From: Bdellovibrionales bacterium
GTDB lineage: Bacteria > Bdellovibrionota > Bdellovibrionia > Bdellovibrionales > UBA1609
Length of the DNA stretch: 64,000 bases
NCBI GenBank assembly: GCA_965219095.1
Contig: CBDCMT010000001.1
Coordinates: 288,001-352,000 of the forward strand
Direction: 5' to 3'
Position 1 is the stretch's first letter. Every line of letters starts with the position of its first letter. Below, in pieces: positions 9,645 to 20,939 of the stretch. The notes beneath the pieces were generated by a model. The model was not told where the DNA came from. It searched no databases and saw only the letters and a list, made by a program, of their open reading frames with translations. A program made the position numbers and the translations under genes.

Positions 9645-11135
9645 CTAAAAAACCTGTTTGCAGACTGTTGCTTGGGCAGTTTTGTGTTTTAAAAGAAGCT
9701 TTTGGATGGATTCGTCTTTTAAAAGAGATTCGTCTAAAGCTCTAACTAACTTTTCCCACTTAGGATGTTTCATTGCCGTTTCCTTTAACAAAACTTGCTC
9801 CCATAGAGCACGTTGAAAATCATGGCCCCTTATTCTTATCAATTCTTCAATCCAATTTGCCCATGCTACAGGGTGTCCTAGAATTACGAAATCTTTTGAC
9901 AAGAGGTCTAGCATGGGGTTTTCGAAAACAGTATAGAACCCTTTAAATCTTAATCTTTCCATCAGGATTTTGTCAACCCAATGATCAAGCAGAGAGAATC
10001 TATTTATTCTGTGGTCTGTCAAAATTTCTTTTGCGAGAAACAAATGAATATTATAGTTGTTCTTGTCCTGAGTTAAAGAGTTCATCAGTCTCACAGATTT
10101 TTTTTGTTGTTCAAGATATTTTACCAAAGTCATGTCATCTCTTTGTATGCCCTGATTAGTTAATATCCTAACATCAGAACTTCCTATTACTATTAATTTT
10201 TCCATTAGAATTAAAAACTCATCAATCTTTTCTTCAAAGGCGAGTCTCCTGAGATCAGCTATGAACATCGATTTCTTAGGCATCGTAATATCTAGCCTTT
10301 CTCTCAAAATTTGTTCTGATATAGAGTAAATCGGAAAACCTATAAGCCCAGATCTTCCGGTAATAGAGGAGAGATCAATCAACTTTTTTGGAAAAATTGT
10401 CCTAAGAATATCACGAATAATTTTAGCATTATAAGATTTAAGCCAATGTTTAATCAGCTTCTTCAATTCTTTAGGTTTTCTCAGCCTTATTAATTCTTCC
10501 ATCATATCATATCTTTGTAAAAGATTTTCTGTAATTGCTTCACGAACTGTATCAGTGCCTCGTTTCATCAAATATTCCATCCATGAGATCCATTGAGGTT
10601 GTTCTATAATTTCTTTTTTTGTTAAAATTTCGTCTGCAATGATGATATGATAAGAAGAATTATAAAGCAAGCGATCAATCAGATCTGGATACATTAAAGA
10701 AACATTTAGCTTGAGCCACTCTCTAACCATAACTGAATGACCTTTTGTTTCTAATGATTCAAGCACTGCTTCATAGGCCCTATTAGTCAAGTCGATGATT
10801 TCCGACTTGTCACGATCATTATCATTGTTAAGCAGATAACTAAGAGCTATTGCATTTCTTTCGAGCTGGTTTCTTAAGTTTGTGAGTGACCCATCGTTCA
10901 TTTTTGTAGTTATGCGTCCTTCAAATTCCTCCCATTTTTTTAAAGTGTTAAAAAACTCCTGAATGTTTATAGGGTCCTGAAATTCTATATCTTGAGTAGA
11001 GGGAGAATCATTTACATATTGTGAAGATGTTTGTGAATTTGAGTGAATACTCCATGAGGTGAAAGCCAGAAAGCTTATGAGAAAAGCAAGTGCTTTGAAT
11101 TTCTTTAAGATTGTTCTGTTTTTTGATGTGATCAT
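9645..11135 (-). CDS. Secreted hypothetical helical protein ending CKQVF
   Basis: 496-aa ORF with N-terminal signal-like segment. Confidence 0.8.
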   Translation of the reverse strand: MITSKNRTILKKFKALAFLISFLAFTSWSIHSNSQTSSQYVNDSPSTQDIEFQDPINIQEFFNTLKKWEEFEGRITTKMNDGSLTNLRNQLERNAIALSYLLNNDNDRDKSEIIDLTNRAYEAVLESLETKGHSVMVREWLKLNVSLMYPDLIDRLLYNSSYHIIIADEILTKKEIIEQPQWISWMEYLMKRGTDTVREAITENLLQRYDMMEELIRLRKPKELKKLIKHWLKSYNAKIIRDILRTIFPKKLIDLSSITGRSGLIGFPIYSISEQILRERLDITMPKKSMFIADLRRLAFEEKIDEFLILMEKLIVIGSSDVRILTNQGIQRDDMTLVKYLEQQKKSVRLMNSLTQDKNNYNIHLFLAKEILTDHRINRFSLLDHWVDKILMERLRFKGFYTVFENPMLDLLSKDFVILGHPVAWANWIEELIRIRGHDFQRALWEQVLLKETAMKHPKWEKLVRALDESLLKDESIQKLLLKHKTAQATVCKQVF

Positions 11136-12874
11136 TTTTCTTATTCCTTAATATCTTCTATCTATTAATGAGAATTTGTTTCCCAACTAATGATTTTCTG
11201 TTTACTCCAGATCTACTTTTCCTCTTAATGGCAGAACTTACGGAAGAAAAAACAACTGTTAGAACTCCATAAAATGTCTTTTGTTTTCATGTTCTTTATC
11301 CCCCTTCTTCTTCTCTTGGAATTAAGATTAAACTTAAGCTTACAAAAAAGCAAGAAAAAAATTTTTATTTTTTTATTTATGATAGTAGCAACTTGTAAGT
11401 GTAAAGGCTTTAAGAAAATGTGACAATTTTTGTCAGTGTATAAACTTTATACACTTTTTCCCGACTTCATTGTTTTTTTCGAGAATCTAATGATTTCAAT
11501 TTCAAGTGGTTAAAATGGATTTCAGGCTTAATTTTTTATAGATATTTCGTAACTGCTCACTCCTTACTGTGTTTTTTTCTGTTAAGAGCTTCTTGTAAGA
11601 AGATTCCTGTACTTTCTTTTTGAAGAGTCTTATACTCTTTTTCCTGACTTCGACACAACACAGTGAGTTAAAAAAAAATATTTCCGTTCTTTTGGCTCTA
11701 GCTTTTAGTTGAAGGAGTTATACACAGGTTTTAGGTTGTTTCTGTGGCCCCGGCCCATTTTACAAGTTTGCAAAAGTTGTTTAGCCTTTTTAAAGAATGT
11801 TTGTAAAAGTAACATCAAAGTCTAAAGGTAAAAAAAGTGTACGGATTGTAGAGTCTGTTTGGCTTAAGGGGAAGTGCGTACAAAAGACCATTCGTTCTAT
11901 GGGTATTTTTGCAAGCGATAAGGAAGTTAAAAAAGCTAAGAAGTTAGCAGAAGAGTTGATCATAGACATTAAGAATCAAAGAAATCCTGTGCTTCCAGGT
12001 TGTGAGAAGCTAGTTTATGGTAAAAGGCCTAAGGAGAAGAAGAAGAAAGAGAAGAAAAAAAAGAGTGAGAAAGATTTCCAGTTTTCAGGCAGTATTTTAG
12101 AGGAGAAAAAGCGTGTTGTTTGTGGTATTGAGAAAGTTTTTAATGAGCTTTATGCTGAGTTAGGTTTTGTAAATTTGATTGAGGGTACAAAGAAAGATTT
12201 AGAGTGGAATGATATTTTAAAGCACTGTGTTTTATCAAGAGTTTTTAATCCAGAATCAAAAAGAGGTAGTGTAGAAACACTTTTTGAAGATTTTAACCGA
12301 CAGATTCCTTTAGAGAAAGTTTATAGGGCTATGGATCGTTTTTATCCTTTTATTGAGACATCGAAGAAAAAGGTATCTGAGAACACCTTATCTTTGTTTA
12401 ACAATGAGGTGGATGTTTTGCTTTATGATGTGACGACCTTGTATTTTGAGAGCTTCTCAGAGGATGAGATTCGCAGGTTTGGTTTTAGTAAAGATTGTAA
12501 ATTTAAAGAGACACAGGTTGTTTTGGCACTTATGACAAACTCACAAGGCCATCCTATAAGCTATGAACTTTTTCCGGGCAATACAAGTGAGGGGGCTACA
12601 CTGGTAGAATCTATAAATAAGCTAAAGACTCGTTTTAATGTAAGAAGAGCTGTTTTAGTAGCTGATAGAGCTATGTTTGTAAGAAAGAATTTAGAGACTA
12701 TGGATAAGATGGGGATAGAGTATGTTGTGGCTGCAAAGTTAAAATCCCTTTCTAGCAAGAAAAAAGAAGAGGTTTTAAGTTATAAAAACTATAAGCCCAC
12801 CCAAGTGGCTTGTGATACATCTCATCTTTTTTGGGTGAAAGAGCTAGAGCATGAAGGAAAAAGATTGATAGTTA

Positions 12875-14282
12875 TACCAATTACAGAAATTAATTCGACA
12901 TTTTTATGTTCAAATTTAAAATTTTAAAATTGACTTAAGGAAAAGTTTCAATTAGGAGGCTTTAAAAAAGTTTTTTTTGAAGGGAGGTTGAGTTTTCATA
13001 AGATATGTTTATTTTATGTATATCTATTGTTGTGTGAATCGATTGATGGGTTAAAATAAGTGTAAAAAAGTGAGGTTAAGATGTAAAATGAAAAAAATCA
13101 GTTACGCAATTTAATTTATAGGTTCAAATTAATTTACAAGCTTGATTCATCTTGTTGTTTTGCCCAAGATCGAGTGCATAATTTTTTAATCCTGCCCTCC
13201 TGATCGCAAAAAGTATTCCAGGCCTCACAACAAGTATTCAGTATATGGTCATAGTTTTTAAAACATGCATTCGATAATTTGATCCTTCGTAATTGTTGCC
13301 AGACTTGTTCCATGGGATTTAATTCTGGACTATAAGGAGGTAAAGGCATCAGGGATAAATTCTTAGGAACTATCAAAGTCTCTGTGGTATGCCAACTGGC
13401 TCTGTCCATTAAAACAATTCCATGATAGTTTTCTTGAATATTTTTAGATATCTCATCTAAGTGAATTTGCATCATCCCTGAATTACATTCCGGTAAAACC
13501 CAAGCACAGCCTTTATCTTTATCCGGACAAACTGCTCCAAAAATATAAGTGGATAAAAATTGTCTTTGTCTCACAACTCTAGGTCGTGTGCCTTTTCTTG
13601 CCCAAATCCTGCTTAAAGAACCTTGCTGGCCTATTCTGCATTCATCCTGCCACCAAATCTCTATTTTATGAGTCTGAATCTTTTCCTTTATTTTCTCCAC
13701 CTCTTCTGGAAAATGTTCCTTAAACTGTTCCATAGCTTCTTGTGAAGTTTTAGGATGAAGAGAACGACCACTGATCCATACAATATTAAGACGGTCTAAA
13801 AGAGCATAAACCCCAGAAAGAGAATAGCAACAGTCAAATTCATCTGCTAAAAGTTCCTGTATTCCCTTTGCTCCTATGCTTCCTCCTTCTCTTGTGTCTT
13901 GAATTTCATCTAACTTGATTTTGAAGTTCTCTTCTTCTGTCACTGGCAAACGGGGTTTACGTCCTCTGCCTTTTCGATCTATCAATCCCTCGTAATCAAA
14001 GTCTACAAAAGACTGTAACCAGGATTTGATACTGTGACGGTGATACAAAACCATACCTGCTGTTTCTTGAATCGATTTTCCTTTTTGCATATGGTGCAAA
14101 GCTTGAAGTTTTATCTTGATGTTGGCACTTCTTTCCACTTTGTAAGTAGCTAGAAAATCATACCCTTGAATCTGTGTAACTAAATCTTTTTTCGACATGA
14201 CTCTAAAAATGTAGCAGAGTTTGATTAAAAAGCCAGGACGCTATGCGTTAAAAGAATGTCGAATTAATTTTTGGAAATGGTA
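12875..14282 (-). mobile_element. IS630-family element type A, intact
   Basis: 25-bp TIRs TACCA(A/T)T(A/T)CA..AATTAATTCGAC; TTA on both flanks. Confidence 0.93.
13134..14198 (-). CDS. IS630-family transposase
   Basis: WQDECRIG, MDRASWH, LPPYSPELNPMEQVW DDE motifs. Confidence 0.95.
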   Translation of the reverse strand: MSKKDLVTQIQGYDFLATYKVERSANIKIKLQALHHMQKGKSIQETAGMVLYHRHSIKSWLQSFVDFDYEGLIDRKGRGRKPRLPVTEEENFKIKLDEIQDTREGGSIGAKGIQELLADEFDCCYSLSGVYALLDRLNIVWISGRSLHPKTSQEAMEQFKEHFPEEVEKIKEKIQTHKIEIWWQDECRIGQQGSLSRIWARKGTRPRVVRQRQFLSTYIFGAVCPDKDKGCAWVLPECNSGMMQIHLDEISKNIQENYHGIVLMDRASWHTTETLIVPKNLSLMPLPPYSPELNPMEQVWQQLRRIKLSNACFKNYDHILNTCCEAWNTFCDQEGRIKKLCTRSWAKQQDESSL

Positions 14283-14993
14283 TTAGTTATTCGAACAAAA
14301 GAGCCAAAAGAGATAAAAATCAAAGAGAGCGTTTGATCAATCGTTTGATGAAGAAAGTAAGAAACAAGGAGATTCCTGTGAGTCAGTTGATCTCCAATCA
14401 TGGGACCAAACGTTTTATTAAAGTTGACAATGTGAAAGTGAGCATAGATGAGGAGAAAATAGAAAAAGAAGCTTTGTGGGACGGTCTTCACGGAATTATA
14501 ACAAGTGTTCAAAACAAGACAGCCAGTGAGCTTTTAAGTCGTTACAGAGATCTTTGGAGAATAGAAGAGGCTTTTAGAGTGAATAAGACGACGTTAAAGA
14601 TGAGGCCTGTTTATCATTGGAAAAAAAGAAGAATAGAAACTCACATTGCCATTTGTTTTTTAGCCTATGCGATCTCTTACACAATGGTTTATAAACTCAA
14701 ACAAGCAGGACTTAATTTAAGCTTTGAAAGAATGAGAAAGATCTTAAAAAGAGACCAGTACAGTATTTTAGAAGAAAAAAAGACGAAAAAACTTTATCGT
14801 CTTCCCTCAGGTTGTACAAAGGAAGTAGAGGAAATTTACAGTGCTTTTTCGCTTAAAAGAGACTCCTCTATGAGCCTCTTTCCCACAACATCTGCTGAAT
14901 CTGCTGACCTTTAAAAAACCATTTCCTGTGGCCCCAAAAATTGTAACTATTTGAAATTATTCACTTGTTGCAGTGTGTTGTGTCGAAGTCAGG

Positions 14994-15888
14994 AGATGAA
15001 ACTCTCCTTTTAACACTCCAATCACTGACCTCCACAATAGAACGTTTTTTCAACATCAACTTGTCAAATAAGGGAATCAATTTGTTCTCCATATTTAATT
15101 TGATGTTTGTAATAAGCTTAACTCCCTTCTTTAAAAGTTTTTTGAAAAGGTCTGATGAAATATAACCTTTGTCCCCAAAGAGTTTTCCCATCAGCCCTTT
15201 ACTATAAAACCATAACTTAGCTTTCGATCATCTACATTTCCCGGAGTTAAGGTAAAACTTAAAAGTTCTCCTAGGTGATTGATAACAATATGGAGTTTAA
15301 ATCCAAAGAACCAGCCCATACTATTTTTGCCTCTTTTTAGCTAACTTTTAGAACACTTTATTTCGTCCTATTCTTTTATTTTTGAAGAAAAATCGATGTG
15401 GAATCAATAAATGATATGCCGGTGGTTTTACTCATAAGGCTTGTCGAGAAAAGAAACATCAAAAAAGCCATGTCTTTTTTGATGTTCACAAATCGGGAGT
15501 AAGACAACATTTTAGGAAAATAAGATTTAAGATAGACTTTTGCAAACTGGTAAAAGGCTTTAAAATTCCTAAAGCCAGAACTTTGGAAAAGTAGGCAAAG
15601 AGTGACAATTTCGCTGGGAGACATAGCACAAGAAAAACCTCCTTTATTTTTGGGAACCAGTTCTGGATGCTGCTGTATGAGAGGGGTTAAAAAATCATCG
15701 ACAAGAACATAAATTGATATGATATAATTAGAATTAGAATTAAACATCTTAGACCTCCTTGTATGTTTTTTTATAACTCTCAAGGTGTTTTTTCTTGTAA
15801 GTTGCTTTTTCAAGAAAATCTTACAAAAGTCTGAGGTATTTGTTTATATTAGCTAGCCTTTAGCCCTGAAAAAAGTCGAAACTCGGGT
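14994..15888 (-). mobile_element. IS982-family element, frameshifted and 3'-truncated by IS1634
   Basis: End AAAAAAGTCGAAACTCGGGT; ORF pieces 15376-15813 and 14961-15191. Confidence 0.88.
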
Positions 15889-15970
15889 TATTAGTAAAGA
15901 GTTTTTTCATAGTTTGTGCGTGATATAAAGGCTTGTATTTTTTTAGGAGAGGTGGGAGTGTTTTTAGGAA

Positions 15971-16243
15971 ATGACTAAAGCTGAGTTCATTCAAAAGGTA
16001 GCTAAAAACACAAGATATACTCAATATCAAGTAGAAAAAGTCATCTCAGAGGCTTTTCAACTCATTCAAGCTGAGGTTAGGAAAGGTGAAGTGATCAAAA
16101 TAGCGGGCTTTGGCACTTTCGAAAAACAAAAGCATAAATCCAGAAAAATAAAAACCCCTCAAAAAGACACTTGTATTGAAATTCCTTCTATGTGGTATCC
16201 AAAGTTTCGCCCTAGCGAATACTTTAAAAATTTTATTAGATGA
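15971..16243 (+). CDS. HU-family DNA-binding protein
   Basis: MTKAEFI..VA, GFGTFE, PKFRPS motifs. Confidence 0.92.
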   Translation: MTKAEFIQKVAKNTRYTQYQVEKVISEAFQLIQAEVRKGEVIKIAGFGTFEKQKHKSRKIKTPQKDTCIEIPSMWYPKFRPSEYFKNFIR

Positions 16244-17202
16244 AAATTGCTGTGTTGACAAGCGGAGGTGATGCTCCAGGTATGAACGCAGCCATTCGTG
16301 CTGTTGTAAGATCCGCTATTTTTGAAAATATGAAAATTATAGGGATTCAAAATGGCTATCAAGGTTTAGTAGAAAAAAAAATCATTCCCCTTAACCTTCG
16401 TTCTGTGGCTAATCTTGTTCAAAGAGGGGGGACGTTTTTAAAAACAGGACGTTATCCCGATTTTCTAAAAGAAGATGTAAGACAAACTGCTATAAAAAAC
16501 TTTCGTTCAGAAAATATCAAGGGACTCATCTGTATAGGAGGTAATGGCTCTTTTAAAGGAGCCATTTGTTTAGCTAAAGAAAGTGATATATTAGTTGTAG
16601 GAATTCCAGCAACAATTGATAATGATATTTGCAATACTAACTTTACTATAGGCTTTGATACTGCTGTGAATACAGCTTTACAAGCTATTGATCGGATTCG
16701 CGATACAGCAGAGAGCCATGAAAGACTTTTCCTTGTGGAGGTGATGGGACGGACTTCTGATTTTATTGCACTTTATGTAGGCCTTGCTTCTGGAGCTGAA
16801 GATGTTGTTCTTTATGGACAAAAAGATTTTACTTCTGTTTTAGATCGGTTAAGACAATCTGAAAGGAAAGGAAAAAAAAGCCGTATTGTAGTTGTTTCAG
16901 AAGGTGAGGTTCCGGGAAAAGTGTATGAGCTTTCAAAAGTTATTGAGGAAAAATTAAAAATTAAATCTCGTGTTTGTGTTTTAGGACACATTCAAAGAGG
17001 GGGAAGTCCTTCAGCTTTAGATAGAGTTTTAGCAGCTCTTATGGGAGATAAAGCCGTGAAAGCCTTAAAAAACAAAGAAAATCTTAAAATGGTTTCTATG
17101 GAGAAATACCAAATTCTTTTGACTTCTTTAGAAGAGGCTGTTAGTAAGAGAAAAGAAACTCATAAAACACTCTGTGATCTGGTACACAAACTAGCTAATT
17201 AG
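16240..17202 (+). CDS. pfkA: ATP-dependent 6-phosphofructokinase
   Basis: LTSGGDAPGMNAAIR, TIDND, VEVMGR, LGHIQRGG. Confidence 0.97.
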   Translation: MKIAVLTSGGDAPGMNAAIRAVVRSAIFENMKIIGIQNGYQGLVEKKIIPLNLRSVANLVQRGGTFLKTGRYPDFLKEDVRQTAIKNFRSENIKGLICIGGNGSFKGAICLAKESDILVVGIPATIDNDICNTNFTIGFDTAVNTALQAIDRIRDTAESHERLFLVEVMGRTSDFIALYVGLASGAEDVVLYGQKDFTSVLDRLRQSERKGKKSRIVVVSEGEVPGKVYELSKVIEEKLKIKSRVCVLGHIQRGGSPSALDRVLAALMGDKAVKALKNKENLKMVSMEKYQILLTSLEEAVSKRKETHKTLCDLVHKLAN

Positions 17203-17327
17203 AATAAAAACAAAATTACCACAACTGAAAGTATGACGATGAAGTCTTTAAACAACTCTGGACTGTGCTGAAGAAGTGGACTCCTGAAGTTCCATAAAAT
17301 CCTCCCTCTAAGGAAAACTTATAAGAG

Positions 17328-17368
17328 AAATTTAAGATTAGATAGGGCGGTCAGATAACCGAGTTACC
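17328..17368 (-). repeat. Dispersed ~40-bp repeat, probable IS end of unknown family
   Basis: GGTAACTCGGTTATCTGACCGCCCTATCTAATCTTAAATTT; similar copy at 24665-24704, 12-bp stub at 954-965. Confidence 0.65.
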
Positions 17369-18456
17369 TTTCTTCTTATCTGAAGACTCAACATAATTCC
17401 AAAATGATCAGAAAGGAACAATTCCTCTGAGTCTGAAACAATTTTTTGATCTCCAAAAAGATGGTAGGTTTCTAACTTTAATCTCTCTGAAGCAACACTT
17501 TTTTTGTCAAAAAATACATAATCTATTTTGCGAGGCATAAGATCAAGCTCTGAAAAAAAATAGCTTAACTTTTTTCTTTCCTCTAAATTGACTCCTTTAG
17601 AAAATTGATGAGGTGATCTCACCTTCTTAATAACTTTTTTTATATTGCTATTTCTACGAGAGTCAAAAGTAGGTTCAAGCTTTTGATCTGAAAGCTCATA
17701 ACCTGCTTTGAATTCCTCTTTTAAAGCCTTAATAGAAAGAGACTGAGGCCTATCGTTAAAATCACCTGCTAAAATAACAGATGAAGCTTTCTTTTTTTCT
17801 TTTTCAATAAAGGAAAGCAAACAAACAGCTTCCCTAAAACGACGTTTGCTGGACTTTTTCATCTTTTTTTGAAGCCTCTCATAAACCTTAGAGCTTAGAG
17901 ATAATTGAGACAACTTTCTGAGATGATCTTTATTCTCAAGACCTTCTCCATGATGAAAATGCGTGTTCACAAGCAAGAGTTCATAGAAAGTGTTATCTCT
18001 TAATCTTATACGCACAGACGCTGATAAAGCATAACGAAATTCATGAAATTGAACTGATAAAGGATAAGTACAAAACCCTAACCCTCCACTAAGTTTTCTA
18101 GAAGCTCTGTGACTCAACTGAAACTGTTTCTTAGCTAAAATCACAAGGCCTGAACAAAAATGTTGAGGAACGTTAATCAGTTCAAAGAATTTTAAACCAC
18201 AATTATCGACTTGGTAGATAAAATCCATGTTCAACTCTCTAGCATAACGAAGAGCCAGTGGCTTTAGAGGATTCACTTCTTGAAGAAAGACAATGTCAGG
18301 GTCTAATTTTTTTATCTCCTGAATCTGAAGCTTCACACGTTTTTCAAACCTTTTTTTTGCCCCATCCTCTAAGTGCTTTATAGAAAGAAAACTTGTTCTT
18401 CCCATTCCATGCCAAACATTAAAATTTAATATTTTTAATCTATCACTTTGTGACAT
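17338..18456 (-). CDS. Endonuclease/exonuclease/phosphatase (EEP) family protein
   Basis: NFNVWHG, LQEV, NTHF, AGDFN, KIDYVF, SDHF motifs. Confidence 0.9.
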   Translation of the reverse strand: MSQSDRLKILNFNVWHGMGRTSFLSIKHLEDGAKKRFEKRVKLQIQEIKKLDPDIVFLQEVNPLKPLALRYARELNMDFIYQVDNCGLKFFELINVPQHFCSGLVILAKKQFQLSHRASRKLSGGLGFCTYPLSVQFHEFRYALSASVRIRLRDNTFYELLLVNTHFHHGEGLENKDHLRKLSQLSLSSKVYERLQKKMKKSSKRRFREAVCLLSFIEKEKKKASSVILAGDFNDRPQSLSIKALKEEFKAGYELSDQKLEPTFDSRRNSNIKKVIKKVRSPHQFSKGVNLEERKKLSYFFSELDLMPRKIDYVFFDKKSVASERLKLETYHLFGDQKIVSDSEELFLSDHFGIMLSLQIRRKVTRLSDRPI

Positions 18457-18668
18457 CTTTTTTTCTCTTACTTTCCTTTCGTTTTTATTAAAATCTCTTG
18501 CAAATCTTCTATAAAAACTATATTTTCTATACCAAAAAAAGTCTCACATGTCAAAATAGCCTTTTCTAACTTGATTGGCTTCAAAAAGCTCAAGGGGTTT
18601 TAGTTTGATCTGATATGTAACAATTTTTGTCATTTTGAGACTCAGCTCTAAATAATAGAAGTTAGATT

Positions 18669-18684
18669 TGGCACGGCTTTTGTT
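18669..18684 (+). promoter_or_regulatory. Sigma54-like -24/-12 site with no gene downstream
   Basis: TGGCACGGCTTTTGTT (one mismatch at -12), directly followed by an IS remnant. Confidence 0.4.
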
Positions 18685-18693
18685 ACGTTTACT

Positions 18694-19200
18694 TAAGTAC
18701 TTTTAAAAAATAACTTAGATATTTCAGATTTTATGTCGTAAGATTTACATGTGCTATCAGAGAAAGATCGTCGATTAAGGTTAAAGCTCACAATGACTTT
18801 TCATTTAATAAATGAAAAGCAAATGAGGATTTTAGCTGCGGCAGAATCGAAAGCCTAGGGTCGGGTGGCATAAGCAAGGTATTAAAGTTTACAGGTTTAT
18901 GTCGTCAGACTATTTACAGAGGATTAAAAGAGCCTTCTAAAGGGATGAGAGATTCAAAGATTCGTTCAAAAGGTGAGGAAAGGAAGAAGAAGACTGCAGA
19001 ATTCAATTTACTAAGACAAAAACAAAATCAGGCCTAAAAGTCAAAGCTTGTTTAGATAGAAGGAAATACAAAAAAGGAAAAACAGCGTCTAAAAAGAAGA
19101 TGGAGTTTATAAAAATTAAGAGAGAAGCATTTCATGGCAAGTGAAATTATAAAATACTATCCCACTAAAAGTGTCTAAGTTATTTTTTAATAATTCCTTA
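18694..19200 (+). mobile_element. ISAzo13-family remnant (ends retained, core deleted)
   Basis: TIR core TTAAAAAATAACTTAGA; decayed peptides NEKQMRILAAAESKA.G.GGISKV..TIYRGLKE and TKSGLKVKACLD..Y.KG..FHGK*NY. Confidence 0.8.
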
Positions 19201-19330
19201 CCGAAATTGTGTAACTGATTTTTTCAATAAGAAAACTAATCAAAGAGCTTTGAAAAAATCCTCTCTTTTTATTAAAAAGTGGCCTTTAAGATCTAAAATC
19301 TAAAAAATATTGTAAAAAATTCATTCTCTT

Positions 19331-20116
19331 TTAGCTAGAAGCTGATTCATAACGTCTTAGACCTCTCAAAAAGACATATTTGACAACAAAACCTAAAAAT
19401 ACAACAAAGCCTAAAACGTAAACTAAAAGAGGCCAACGGTGAGGATCTTTCAAAAAATAAAAATAAGGACTAATGATAAGAAGAGAGGGCAGGTAGAATA
19501 AAATACTTCTAAGCCATATGTGATAAATGAATTCAGGGTACCTTCCTACACTGATAAAGTTCATCCTCATCAAATTCACCCCTCGCCCTTCAATAGTCCA
19601 AAAACATGCTAAACTAATAAGCATTTGTAATAAAACACAAGAGTAAACTGACAAAATAAGACTAAAAGGTAAAAGGCACCATTGTAAAAAAGTGAGATCG
19701 TTTTGAAAACCCATAAAAAGAAGAAAAGCTGTTAAAAAAGGAAGTGCAATCAGTTCTGGAATCATAATGAAATTACTAAAAATAACAAAGAGAGAAGGAA
19801 AGGGTTTTGTTAACAAAAAATCCAATTCACCTGTCCTAATGAACATAGGTAAGTGCCAATAATTAGCAGAAAACAAAACTGAATCCACACTAAAAGTCAA
19901 AGAAGCATAAGCCACAAAGAAAAGAAAAGTATCTTTGTTATAACCTCCTATAAAAGAAACATGATCAAAAAGGTAATATACAGACAAAATTGTAGCTACA
20001 TAAAAAGTTATGCTCACAACAAGAGTTGAAATAAAATTTGTACGAAAGCTTGAATAATAGGCTGTACAGTTGTAAAAGTACTGACACCAAAGTTTGAAAA
20101 ACCCCTTGAAGTTCAT
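19331..20116 (-). CDS. ABC-2 family transporter permease
   Basis: IRTGELDFLLTKP motif, multiple TM segments. Confidence 0.88.
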   Translation of the reverse strand: MNFKGFFKLWCQYFYNCTAYYSSFRTNFISTLVVSITFYVATILSVYYLFDHVSFIGGYNKDTFLFFVAYASLTFSVDSVLFSANYWHLPMFIRTGELDFLLTKPFPSLFVIFSNFIMIPELIALPFLTAFLLFMGFQNDLTFLQWCLLPFSLILSVYSCVLLQMLISLACFWTIEGRGVNLMRMNFISVGRYPEFIYHIWLRSILFYLPSLLIISPYFYFLKDPHRWPLLVYVLGFVVFLGFVVKYVFLRGLRRYESASS

Positions 20117-20938
20117 CTAAATGCCAGCTCCTTCATAATGCTTCACTCCTCTCCTCCAAAGGAATCTGTAAAAGAGAACCATACAAAGAATCCAAAACAA
20201 AAGAATAAAAAAATCCATTATAAAATTATCTCTTACACCTAAGAAATAGCTTGCAGGAACATAAGTCATATAGGGAAAGGGAGTGAAATTTAAAAAAAAT
20301 ACCAGCTTTTCAGGAAAGATCTCTAAGGGGAAAAATCCTCCAGAGCAAAAATTAGCTAAAATCAAAAGCAAAGCCCTCAAACTCCAAGTCTCCTCCATCC
20401 AAAAAGCTACAAGCCCTATGCAAAACTGGATCATAAACCACAAAACACTTACCAAAAGACAGATCAACAAACCTTTCAAAAAAGAAGCCCACAGCAGTGA
20501 AAAAAACCCTAAGAAAAAACTTAAAAGCAAGACAAACCCTGTAGGTAGCAGTTGTAAAGTTTGATAAGCTATAAAATCACAAGTGTGATGCTTCCAAAAC
20601 TGAAAAGGCCTTACAAGATAAGTTGAAATCCGTCCTTTTCTTATCTCTTCTGAGAGATTTATGCTATCATGACCTTTAGCCAAAAAACCCACAATCAAAA
20701 CCCAAAAATGGTAATGAAGCATCTCAGTTAAAGTGTAGCCTTGTATGATCTCTGCTTGAGCTGTCATATAAGTTGTTTTCCAAAGACTGTACTTAATAAA
20801 AAAGAAACTCACACCAGGAACAATAGCTGTAAGAAAAAAATCCAACTTATAAACTGTTTTATTGGTGAGAAGAACTTCAAAAGTAACTAGCCATTTAAAC
20901 CCTTCAAAAGCTATTTTTTGTCTTGCTAAAAAAAACAT
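20117..20938 (-). CDS. ABC-2 family transporter permease
   Basis: IRKGRISTYLVRP, GGFFPL, TM segments. Confidence 0.88.
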   Translation of the reverse strand: MFFLARQKIAFEGFKWLVTFEVLLTNKTVYKLDFFLTAIVPGVSFFFIKYSLWKTTYMTAQAEIIQGYTLTEMLHYHFWVLIVGFLAKGHDSINLSEEIRKGRISTYLVRPFQFWKHHTCDFIAYQTLQLLPTGFVLLLSFFLGFFSLLWASFLKGLLICLLVSVLWFMIQFCIGLVAFWMEETWSLRALLLILANFCSGGFFPLEIFPEKLVFFLNFTPFPYMTYVPASYFLGVRDNFIMDFFILLFWILCMVLFYRFLWRRGVKHYEGAGI

Positions 20939-20939
20939 G

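Larger units (their letters stand above)
11643..14993 (+). mobile_element. IS1634-family element interrupted by IS630
   Basis: TIR CCTGACTTCGACACAACAC; transposase halves 11797-12874 and 14283-14914 (YDVTTLYFES, GFSKD, VADRA, LWRIEEAFRVNK) rejoin in frame as RLIVSYSNKRA. Confidence 0.93.
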
